A stretch of DNA of 64,000 nucleotides from Felis catus (taxonomy: Eukaryota). The stretch is from contig NC_058368.1 in the NCBI RefSeq assembly GCF_018350175.1, forward strand, positions 163,310,001-163,374,000, written 5' to 3'. Shown here piece after piece: positions 25,441 to 35,637 of this stretch (positions within the stretch are counted from its first letter, which is position 1; each line of letters begins with the position of its first letter). The position numbers were made by a program, and so were the translations under genes. The notes beneath the pieces were generated by a model. The model did no database searches. It was not told the origin of the DNA and was given only the letters and a program-made list of their open reading frames with translations.

Positions 25441-25589
25441 AGTGATCACAAACATTTTCTTAGGCGTTTTACATATGACTGAGATGGTATGTATTTGATT
25501 TAGTACGGTCTTTGTGATATGTCCTGGTGAGTGTATGCTCAATCCATTATAGGAGAAAAGGGCTGTTTCTGATAAACACTTTCCTTGAT

Positions 25590-26430
25590 AATAATGCCTC
25601 CTTCCCTTCCATTCAAATCCACTCCTAAGTCATGTCTGTTTTACCATTTAAATGTCTCTAAAATCTGTTCTCTTTTCTCCTTCTTTAGTGCAAACACCCA
25701 GTTTCAAGCTAATATCATCTTTTTTTCTGAATAACTATGTGGCCTTTTTACTTAACTCATCTAATCAATTCTAGCCTCCATGTCACTTTCCTACAAAAAG
25801 TTTCATTGGCTTTCTGTTGCTCTCAAGAAAAACAAAACAGGGATACCTGGCTGGCTCAGTCGCAAAAACATGCGACTCTTGGTCTTGAGGTTGTGAGTTT
25901 GAGCCTCACATTGGGTATAGAGATTACTAAAAAAATAAACTTAAAAAAAAAAGATAATAAAAGACACACAATATAAAACAAAACAACTGGAGTCCTCAAC
26001 ATGGACCACAAGGTCTAGCTGTATGTACTACATCTCCTTTTCCAGTCAGCTTAACACATGTGCCCTTGTCTCTATGCACTGACTTTTGTTTCCTTTATCA
26101 CATCAAATTCTTTCCAATTACAGGACCTTTGAAAATGCTGTTTCCTATGCCTAAAACTTTGCTAACCCCCCTTCACCTGGTCATTTCCCCTGAATTACTG
26201 GCTCATATAGCAACTTGTACTGTTCCCATGTATTATTTACAATGGGAAAAATTTAACATTCATTTGTGTGATTCTTTGTCTGCTCTGTTAGTAGACTGCA
26301 AGCTCAATGAGAAGAGAAATGATATATACCTTTGCTCACAGTTTCATGAGTGTAGCCTAGTGCCTGGTTCCTAGGAGTCTCCCAACAAATATGTTTGTTG
26401 AAGGAACAAATGAATGGGTAGATGAATGGA
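25590..26430. mobile_element. L2 LINE 3' fragment containing a short SINE
   Basis: Ends with the L2 terminus TAGACTGCAAGCTC..GCCTAGTGCCTGG..AAATATGTTTGTTGAA..ATGAATG. Confidence 0.7.
25840..25952 (+). mobile_element. Short old-type CAN-SINE without CT linker
   Basis: GGGATACCTGGCTGGCTCAGTC..CATGCGACTCTTG..GAGTTTGAGCC..GAGATTACT plus A tail. Confidence 0.85.
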
Positions 26431-26479
26431 TTTCTACACAGACATTAAAACAGATCTAAAGGTAGGCAAGTATAACAAT

Positions 26480-26516
26480 AGCAGAGTGGTGCAGCAGAAG
26501 CGTGCTGGGCCCATAA
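26480..26516 (+). pseudogene. 5' half of initiator tRNA-Met (CAT), tailless retropseudogene
   Basis: AGCAGAGTGGtGCAGCaGAAGCGTGCTGGGCCCATAA matches 35/37 nt of the vertebrate tRNA-iMet 5' half as recalled, with both mismatches at CpG. It is flanked by the direct repeat TAAAGGTAGGCAAGTAT (26457-26473 and 26514-26530). Confidence 0.92.
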
Positions 26517-27269
26517 AGGTAGGCAAGTATTAATGAGATGCCTATGACAAGACATGTGGGAACAGGCCCAGAAATTGTATTGACCACTTTGTTTGCTGAT
26601 GGTTCCTTTTAAATTTCAAGAGAATAGGAGGCAACTCAAGTGGGAAGGTAATTGACAGACCTGTTGAATTCTAGAGCTTCTCTTCCACGATACTGTATTG
26701 CCCCAGAATCAAATGGAAGCCACTTATCACAGAAGCCTGGTGTTTGGGGGTAGTGACTATGGGGCTTTTTTGTTCTGAAGTGTCTCCAAACAGATCTGAG
26801 GTAGTTATTTTCCAATTTGCTGTGCTAAAAGATAGAAACATAGGCGTGGCTAGTTAATGTTGGTCAAAGTTTCCGAAAGTTGACTCTTTTCATTCTGGGG
26901 AAACGATGAAAAGCATAAACCACTGGCTTAAGCTTGGAGAAGGTAAGTAGTAGAGGCCATCAGCAACCTCTGTTCAGAACCCTAGTTTCCTCTCACATAA
27001 ATTCCCCATAATCATGAATCCAAAGAGAAACCCACCACTGTCACCACCTGTTGTTTCATAGGTGATTAATTATAGACTGTTATTAGTAAGCTCCTTTCTG
27101 TTTTCTCTTAAACGAAAGCGTGTGAAAGCTCTAAGACAGATATTCACTCACCAAAATATTTTTTCCGTCATCATTTGCTCACACAGATTTGTAATTCCCA
27201 AAGAAGAGCCCTTGCCAGGAAGTAGCTTCCACTTGAGCTAGTTGGCATTAAGAATCTTGTCATCATCAG

Positions 27270-27405
27270 CCACAGTGTGATTATAGTTTAAAAATGCAAA
27301 TGGGATTCTGGGATGAATCAACTGAAGGATGAAATTCATATGAAAAAGTGATGCTGTATAAAACCCTAATTAGACAGCATCTATAATACAGGTTTCAGTT
27401 CAGCC
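27270..27405 (+). mobile_element. Possible CR1/L3 LINE remnant
   Basis: CAGTGTGAT..AAAAATGCAAATGGGATTCTGGG..AGACAGCATCT..TTCAGTTC resembles the CR1 RT 3' region. Confidence 0.4.
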
Positions 27406-28004
27406 TTTCTTAAATTGTCAGTTTATTGCCACCAAAGGAGGAAGGTACATGCAAAATTCAGCAAATATTTATAGAGCTCCCAGTATGTGCCAGATATTGT
27501 TCTAAATAGGATGCAAAACAGACACTGTTACAAGAAGATTACATTCTAGATTGGGCTAAACATCCAAAAAGTACGTGGGGCTGGGGCTTATAGCTTAATA
27601 TTAGGGCAAGTGTGGAACAATTTGGAGAATACTTTCTTTTAGTCAACTTGGGAATGTTTTAACATAAAATCTTCACGATGACTATTTCTTCCAGAGCCTA
27701 ATGAATACAAATATAAATAGACACATATTTTTTATTTATGTGGTAAGGGAAAGACAACAGCAAGGGAAAAATGAAGATAGACTATATACAAAGTGACAGT
27801 TTAAGGGATTTTATCTGTCAGTATCTTAAGTTCTGATTTTAGAGAAGTACACTTTTTTTTTTAATTAAAGAGTTTTTTATTCCTCATCTTCCTCCAACTT
27901 CGCAACATAAGTATATATTGGTGAAGAAGTTTAATAGCTTATTATTCTTTTAATATAGAATACAGCATCTAAAATAGAAAGTCTTGTTTGTCTTCTTTCT
28001 TGAC

Positions 28005-28226
28005 ATTTTTTTCTCCAAATTTTCATTTAAGTTCCAGTGACTTTGCAATGTAATATTGGTTTCTGGTGTAGAATTTAGTGATTCATCACTTACATACAAC
28101 ACCCAGTGCTTGTTACAAGTGCCTTCCTTAATGCCCATCACCCATTTAACCCATCCCCCACCCACCTCCCCTCCAGCAACTCTCAATTTGTCCCCAAGAG
28201 TTAAGGGTCTGTTTCTTGGTTTGCCT
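28005..28226 (-). mobile_element. Carnivore L1 3' terminal fragment
   Basis: AGAATTTAGTGATTCATCACTTACATACAACACCCAGTGCT..CCTTAATGCCCATCACCCATTTA; same family as 11040-11190 in reverse. Confidence 0.88.
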
Positions 28227-29049
28227 AGAGAGGTGGACTTCTTAAACCTGAGTTTTTCACTTCAGAAAATCCTCTGTGCTTTGCTATAATTTTCCTTTGC
28301 TTTAGCTTTCTTTTATACTAGGATGATGTTGAAAATACAGACTACTTTCTTTTATACTAGGATAATATTAAAAGATACAGTATAAGCTTAATAAGCATGC
28401 ATTAAAGTCACTTTGGGAAATAGCAGTTTGATTCCATTTTCCATCTGGATCAATTAAAAGAAAACTTTGAAAGATAATTTTCCAGTTGCTTCCTTCTTCT
28501 CCTAACTGAAATCCTTGTCAAAGAGGCCTGATCACTTCCTGGGCCTTTCCCTTGTTGGATTGGCATCACCACCATCAGTCCCTGAGATTTCCACTAGTTC
28601 TTTGCAAAATGAAACTTATTTAAACCCAAAGTGAGTACTGTATGAAAATGAAGGGCTTTGTGGATCCTTCACACTTTGTCTAGATCAGATTTAAACTGTG
28701 CATGATCTGGGTTGGTAAAGAGGTTACTCCTTGCTTTGTAAGCAATACTCTAAGGCACAAAGTCACAGTTGCCACCATGAAATGGTTTCACCACTCTGGT
28801 TATTTAGCAAGGGATGGCTGAGAAACGTTACCAGAGACCGTACCATACACAATATAGTATTTCTACAGGTTGTGGCCTATTAACAGAAAACAACCAATTT
28901 GCAAAGGGCCACAGAAATAAACATGTCCAGGTAAAACTGGGTCATGTTGTCTATTTGTAAACCTGTTTGTGTCATTACACTGAGTAGTCTCCTTAAGAGA
29001 GGTTGTCTGCAGGGATTTTTCAAGCTCAAACAATATAAAGACAGAGAGG

Positions 29050-29212
29050 GGGGTGCCTGGGTGGTTCAATTGGTTAAGTGTCCAACTTTGGCTCAGGTCA
29101 TGATCTCGCGGTTCATAAGTTTGAGGCCCACGTTGGGCTCTGTGCTGACAGCTCAGAGCCTGGAACCTCCTTCAGTCTGTCTCCATCTCTCCTCTCTTCT
29201 CTCCGCCCTTCC

Positions 29213-29264
<52 letters not shown>

Positions 29265-29283
29265 GTCTCTCTCTCAAATATAA

Positions 29284-29322
<39 letters not shown>
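29050..29322 (+). mobile_element. CAN-SINE with compound microsatellites
   Basis: SINE head, then (CT)15(CA)9 at 29217-29264 and about (TA)18 at 29287-29322. Confidence 0.9.
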
Positions 29323-29326
<4 letters not shown>

Positions 29327-32300
29327 GCTATATCAGTGAGGATATTATCTAATCAAGATCAAATGATAGTGTTCAACACTAGAATCTGAATAGTACCTCT
29401 GGTTTCCCAAAACAAAAATTACTGGTTTTATGTGAACAGATGGTTTTGTTTGTCCCATATTAATTTAAATAAGCAGTTGATTTTGTTAACTACTCATTCC
29501 TTAGAAACCACTGCATCTCTATCTCACAAGTGACTAAATCAAAATAAAGAACACTTTTTAAATAATGTAAGGAAGGTGTTACTAAACCCTATTGTCTATG
29601 GGAGAACTCTCATTTTAAAATGGCTTGATTTAATAGAATATAATAGGAGTTCTTTAATAATAAGTACTTTTTTTTTCATTTCTAGTGCATTTCTTTTGTT
29701 GGAAAAATGTGCTTTTCTTGGATAGTTCCCAGTAGCAGCAGTAAAGAAGCATCAGCAATATCATATCCCTCTTGATTCAGATTTGGCCGATGTGCCATAA
29801 CAGAGAGCACTGGGAAACAAAGCTATGTAGATTCACATTATTTCTCCCTTTTTGTACATCTGAGCCTTAGGTTCGCAGTTTGAATCCACAGTATTTTACA
29901 GACAGTCCCCTGGCACCAAGCTCAGATCCAATGTTTTTCCCACAGAGAGAAAAAGAGGATTCATGATGATGATATATGGAAAATGGTGAAAGGTTGTATT
30001 GGTAGTTTGGGTTGAATTATGGAAGCATCCTTTCTGGGACAGTGTGTTCAAATGAAGAAGCTATTATAATGGGCAGTAAGGTGCTATTTTTGTGTCTACA
30101 GAACGTGTTGGAGAGAAGCATTGATCTGAGTTATGTATATGCTTTCAAATAGCTTTACTTTACAGAAACAAAATAATGGCAAAATTAAATTGCTGTGGCT
30201 GTAGACTAGTTCCTTGCGGTTTGTCAACAGGCTTTCATGAAATACTCTCAGGTGCTATTGAAAATTTAGGGGACTTGGACTAAAACGTCCTCTTAAATGT
30301 CATGTGTCTTTGATTTCTTTATTTCTCCCCTTAATCAAAGAAACAACTAAAGTTGTGTCTAAGAATTGAAATTTTCTTTTCAAATATTAGAGAGGTTTGA
30401 AAAACAACCTTTTAATAGCTGTCTTCCTATATTGGAAAGAGAAGTGCTTTAATGAGCTGGGTTCAAATTCCATTTCATCAGTTTCAAGAATTTTGTTTTA
30501 TCACAAACATGTTACTTACCTGTTTGAGCTTCAGTTTTCCACCTTTAAAACAGTGTCTGCTTAAACACCACCTGGCAGTGTTATCATGGCAAATAACTGA
30601 TGGAAAGCTCCTAGAATAAAGTAGAAGGCTCAGTAAATGTTTCCCCTTTTACAAGGTATCATACACCAAGTGCTGATTGAATGTTTAAGTCATTTGAATT
30701 TTTTTTTTATTGTTGGTTGACAGAGAGTATGAGATTACATTGATCTGATGAACATATTATTAAATCGTGTTCTTGATGGTCATCCTGCAAAAAAGAAAAA
30801 CATAACTGGTTACTTGTTCATATCAGTGATATAATGATTTTATTACTTTGAGAAATGTGTTGTCCCAGTTTTCTTAATACTGTTGTCTTCAGAGGCTTTG
30901 TTTTTTTTAAAAAAGTTTCTCTATCACAAGGTTGGTAGCAATTAACTATGTAATCACATGTTATTATAGCCTTAAATTTTTATATTGACTGTTGTTTACA
31001 GCATGGAATTTAAATTTAAGTAACTATCCCTTCTTGGTGACCGGCTATAGATATTAACCTGTATTGAGGAAACAGTATTTTGTAATCACCAAAATAATTT
31101 TTCTTTCCCTGTGCTATAATGAGTTCATAATAGTTTGGCAAAGGCCGCTGTCAAATCCATTATTCAGCAAATTACCTGTCTTGCCAAAAAAAAAAAAAGG
31201 CTACTCATTTACTTATGAAGAGTCTTACATTTAATTTTAAATACAGGATTTAGTCTCATAGTTCGAGAAAAAGAGGTATGAGGATTCAAAGACTCTCCAG
31301 AATCACAATTTAACTAGATTAATGGCAAGAAACTAGATTAATGACAAGAAAGTAGCAGGAAAGATAGATAGTTATCTCTAATCGTCTTAAAGGCATAAAC
31401 TTGAGGACTTTTAATCCTTATTCTGACACTAACTACCTGAGTAGCCTTAGGTAGATCAATAACCTTTCTGTGAATCAGTATCCATTTCTGTAAAAATGAT
31501 GCAGTGCCTGTTAGACCTACTCACAGCATAATTGTGAGAAGAAAACAAAGTAGCACAAAAAGAGTGCTTACTCAGACTCAGCCAGCCTAAGGGGGACAGA
31601 ACTTGGCCCTGAGTCATCTTTAAGATATGGCTTCTCTGATTAGACCCTGTAAATGATCGTTAGATCATATGATCCCATATGATCATACCCTTACATAGAT
31701 CTTGAGCTCTCAACTAAATTCTAGGAACCAAACTATGTTACCAGAATGTTACAGAACAAATCACTGACACCTTTTACACTTGCAGAGAAAAGAATAAATT
31801 ACTTTTTGTTATTCTCTGTTCCATCGAACTGTGGTCTTCAGAGCTTTTAGCTGAAGGCTAATTATTGATTTGATACATACTATTTTTTCATGTGCTCATT
31901 TTTAGAAAAAAAAAGTTTTACCTTCTTTTCTTCTAAAAGAATTATTTTTATCTTGAAAAATGGGGTATAAGTAAAAGACTAAATCAGAGTATGATGGGGC
32001 ATGGTACACCATTGATCAAAGTATAAAACAGACTTTGCTCTCCCAAAACAATTTTGCCAAATTGTGCAGAGGCTCTCCCTCATCTCGTCCTCATTTTTTT
32101 TTTTAAACTGGTTTCCACAGAAAAGGAAAGAAACCATTGAAATTTGAATACATTCTCACTATCAGAGAAGGTATAAGCCAAGAAATAAAAATTGGTAAGA
32201 GGAAGACATTCCCAAGTTATTCTGTCCTTTTAAATTGTGCCGCTGCTGATGAGAATAAGAATTACAACATGGATCCAATCAATTCTGAGTATGATAGTGG

Positions 32301-32669
32301 TTTCCTTTGTTCCATCTATGGAACCATTATTGTGCTTCGTTGTTTATTTTTAATCAAAAGAACCAACTTTTTACACTTGATATATGTATTTATTCCTATA
32401 GCTTACTATTCCAAAAACAACTTGTGATGGTTTATAATAAAATGAAAGGTAAAATAAAACCGAAAACTGTTAAATCCAAATGTAAAAGAAGTTTTGTTTG
32501 GTTTACATTTAATTGCAACCTTTGATCCTTTATTATTACAAATATATGCTTAGCTACTCTAAATTGACTTTTGTTTTTATGTTTGCTTGTAAGTCATTAA
32601 TTGTTCATATTGCTTTGAATGATCTGTAATGCATTAGTCGGACTGCCTGTGTTCAGATGCCAGCTCCTG

Positions 32670-33140
32670 CACTTGTTAGGGTCAAAGGTAAATCAGGTGG
32701 ACACTAGTTGAAGTGGTAAGGACAGATTTTCTTCAAAATTAGCCATTGTAATAGTGAAGGAGGTCCAGTGTGGACTGAACTCAACTTTGCCAAAACAAAG
32801 AACAGAAGACCTTTGAAGCCTTGGAGGGTACTAAGGGAAAAGCCCTGAGGGGTGTTAGGGAGGTTGGTCCATGTGACTGGTGCTTCTGGGTTTGTTCATT
32901 GGCACCTATCCAGAAGAAAAACAAGCTTCTCCTATCTTCATGACAGGAAGCAGTGATATAACTTAGAGCAAGGCATCCACTGGCTGACAACCAGAGCAGA
33001 ATTGTCTCATTGAATGTCAGAAGACAGTTCTGGGTTATAGAAGATTTATATCTCAAAGAGGCAGAGCAAAGATTTATAATTGCCAACTTTCTAAAGCAAA
33101 GGGGGAGGGGGTACTACTCAAGAGCCTATCAGCCTACTGT
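32670..33140. mobile_element. Probable ERV solo LTR
   Basis: Starts TGTTAGGG, ends near GTCA; non-coding and LTR-like; family not identified. Confidence 0.4.
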
Positions 33141-33164
33141 CAGGTTTTGGCTACAGCAAACAGT

Positions 33165-33310
33165 AAAGTTACTTAACCTCAGTTTGCCTCAGTTTCCTCA
33201 TCTGTAAAATGGAGAATAATAGTATCATATCATAGAGATGTGTTTTGAGGATTAAAGAAGTTAATACATGTAAAGTGTTTAGAGCAGTGCTGTGAATAAA
33301 TGTTAGTGAT
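33165..33310. mobile_element. MIR SINE
   Basis: AAGTTACTTAACCTC..GCCTCAGTTTCCTCATCTGTAAAATGGAGAATAATAGTA..GAGGATTAAA. Confidence 0.85.
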
Positions 33311-33867
33311 TATTCTCACTGTCTTTAAATGGAGTTCATAATAGTATCTATCTACCATATTTGATTGTTTTAGTTATTAAATGATATAATACAAGTAAAA
33401 CATGAAGAGCTATGCCTGACACATAAAAAGCATTCTATAACTGTTGGCTTAGAAATAGTAATAGTTGCCGCAGCTCTGTAGTAGCCACTAAATATCTTCT
33501 AGTCCTGAATTATTTCTAGATCAGGACGACCAAATCCTGAATTGCTTCTAGATCAGGACAACCAAATAGCAAAGAATCTTAAACTTCCTGTGTTTTATGT
33601 TAGAATCGAGTAGGTACGTTTTGTAATGGTAATAATTCAGAGATTGGAAAAATATTTATGAGCAATATTGTGTGTGATTCTAAGATCTTTAAGCATCATT
33701 TTGCCATTGTATTTCTCGAGTTTTAGATATGCAGGCCACATGTCCATCATTTATGTCACTTAACCTCCTTACTGTTCAACCTTCAATATTTCCCAGCATT
33801 TTTCCTTCTTAGGAAAGTAAAGGTGAATCTAAGTAATTGTAAATCCATTAAAGAAACAAAAGAGTTC

Positions 33868-34089
33868 GGGGTGCCTGGGTGGGTCAGTTGGTTAAGTGGC
33901 TGACTTTGGCTCAGGTCTTGATCTCACAGTTCGTGGGTTCGAGCCCGGTGTCAGGCTCTGTGCTGACAGCTTGGAGCCTAGAGCCTGCTCTGGATTCTGT
34001 GTTTCCCTCTGTCTCTGCTCCTCCTCTGCTCTCACTCTGTCTATCTCTCTCTCTCTCAAAAAATGAATAAATATTAAAAAAAAATTTTT
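33868..34089 (+). mobile_element. CAN-SINE
   Basis: TSD AAACA(A/G)AAGAGTT at 33854-33866 and 34090-34102. Confidence 0.92.
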
Positions 34090-34146
34090 AAACAGAAGAG
34101 TTTGCTTAATTGAGAAAAAAAAATGGCATTTATAGGAGTAGTAATG

Positions 34147-34350
34147 GGGGTGCCTGGGTGGCTCAGTCGGTTGGACATCTGACGACTTCGGCTGAGGTCA
34201 TGATCTCACAGCTGGTGAGTTCGAGCCCTGTGTCGGGCTTTGTGCTGACAGCTCAGATCCTGGAGCCTGCTTTGGATTCTGTGTCTCCCTCTCTCTCTCT
34301 CTGCCCCTCCCCGACTTGTGCTCTTTCTCTCTCTCTCTCTCAAAAATAGA
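34147..34350 (+). mobile_element. CAN-SINE
   Basis: Full head and CT linker; its tail is interrupted by the next element. Confidence 0.92.
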
Positions 34351-34365
34351 CATTAAAAGTTTTTT

Positions 34366-34605
34366 ATTTTTTATTTTTTTTTTATTTAAAAAAATTTTTT
34401 TTCAACGTTTATTTATTTTTGGGACAGAGAGAGACAGAGCATGAACGGGGGAGGGGCAGAGAGAGAGGGAGACACAGAATCGGAAACAGGCTCCAGGCTC
34501 TGACCCATCAGCCCAGAGCCTGACGCGGGGCTCGAACTCCTGGACCGCGAGATCGTGACCTGGCTGAAGTCGGACGCTTAACCGACTGCGCCACCCAGGC
34601 GCCCC
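34366..34605 (-). mobile_element. Young CAN-SINE (SINEC_Fc-like) inserted in the tail of the previous SINE
   Basis: TSD CATTAAAAGTTTTTT at 34351-34365 and 34606-34620. Confidence 0.95.
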
Positions 34606-35579
34606 CATTAAAAGTTTTTTAAAATAGTAATAAAGACTGAACCATATTTATCAAATTTTTCAAAAGTTGAGATGTTGATTTGCTGTATATTTGAACTTCT
34701 TTGTTTCCCACCCAATACTGAATTTTAAGAAGAGGTACAGATTTCACAGTTTTTCAACGCTAACTAGTAGGTTCAGAGATACCCAAATGATCTCTATCCA
34801 TGTTTATGGAATCTCTTGATCCCAGCACTGTATAGTAATAATCCATGAAGTATGAATTACTAAATGCAGTATTTGTGTTGGGTATATTACCAACTATGGT
34901 GCATAGTGGAATGCAGAGATGAAAAGAGAATCCCATTCTCCTTAAATTACAGTTTTCATCACTAAAAATTCTTGGTGTTAATACATTTGATAGTGGAAAA
35001 ATGGCCATTTAGGTAAGAGACTGGTTGCTGGAAAAGAAAGAATAACTTGAGTTAATGTTGATTTCTTCAATGTACTACATAAAAATATTAAAGTAAGGGA
35101 GAACCAAATACAATATTACCTTTTAAGACCAACTTTTTTTCATTGTACTTCTCTAATTAATATTTGGGGCAGTTGTAAAGTGATTCAAGAAATTGAATAA
35201 TTATGCATATAGTGAAGATGGTCAACACCAACTAACCTACCATTTTAAAGTCAAGTGCATAAAGTATTTCACTCTTTTTATAGAAGTGTCTAAAATGTTG
35301 CCTTTTAACTGTGACAGAACTAGAAATATCAGTCATAATAATTGGTGTTATAAATAGGATTTGAGGTCAATTAGGAAAGAGTCTTAGAAAAATGTTTGGA
35401 GTACCTAAGTTCTAGACTTGGCCCTTCTATTAACTTGGTCACACCCATTCAGCAGGCATCTTCACCTCATTGGGCCAATAGTTCTTTTTCAGTCATAGAG
35501 CCCATGCTTTTACTTGTTATTTTTCCTTCTTTACTAGCTGCAGATTAATTCAGATTTTGTATCTTTCTTTCTCTACCAG

Positions 35580-35637
35580 TCTGATACGTACTTCTGCATG
35601 TCAATGCGCTTGCCGGTGGATGAGGAAGCCTTCGTGA
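35580..35637 (+). CDS. PAM: PAM exon 4 (aa 71-90): SDTYFCMSMRLPVDEEAFV(I)
   Basis: Acceptor CTTTCTTTCTCTACCAG|T, donor GTGA|GTAAGT; 58 nt; too short for the ORF track but matches PHM. Confidence 0.97.

Noticed and set aside
26480..26516. Functional tRNA-iMet gene
   Set aside because: The 3' half, B box and acceptor-stem partner are missing, and the A box is mutated.
26781..26948. Consensus donor AAG|GTAAGT at 26943 suggesting a cryptic exon
   Set aside because: The best upstream acceptor (TTCTGAAG) is weak, and isolated donors are common by chance.
31312..31349. 19-nt tandem duplication; also considered whether any direct repeats form a CRISPR-like array
   Set aside because: Only two copies and no spacers. 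All direct repeats here are slippage duplications or TSDs in mammalian DNA.
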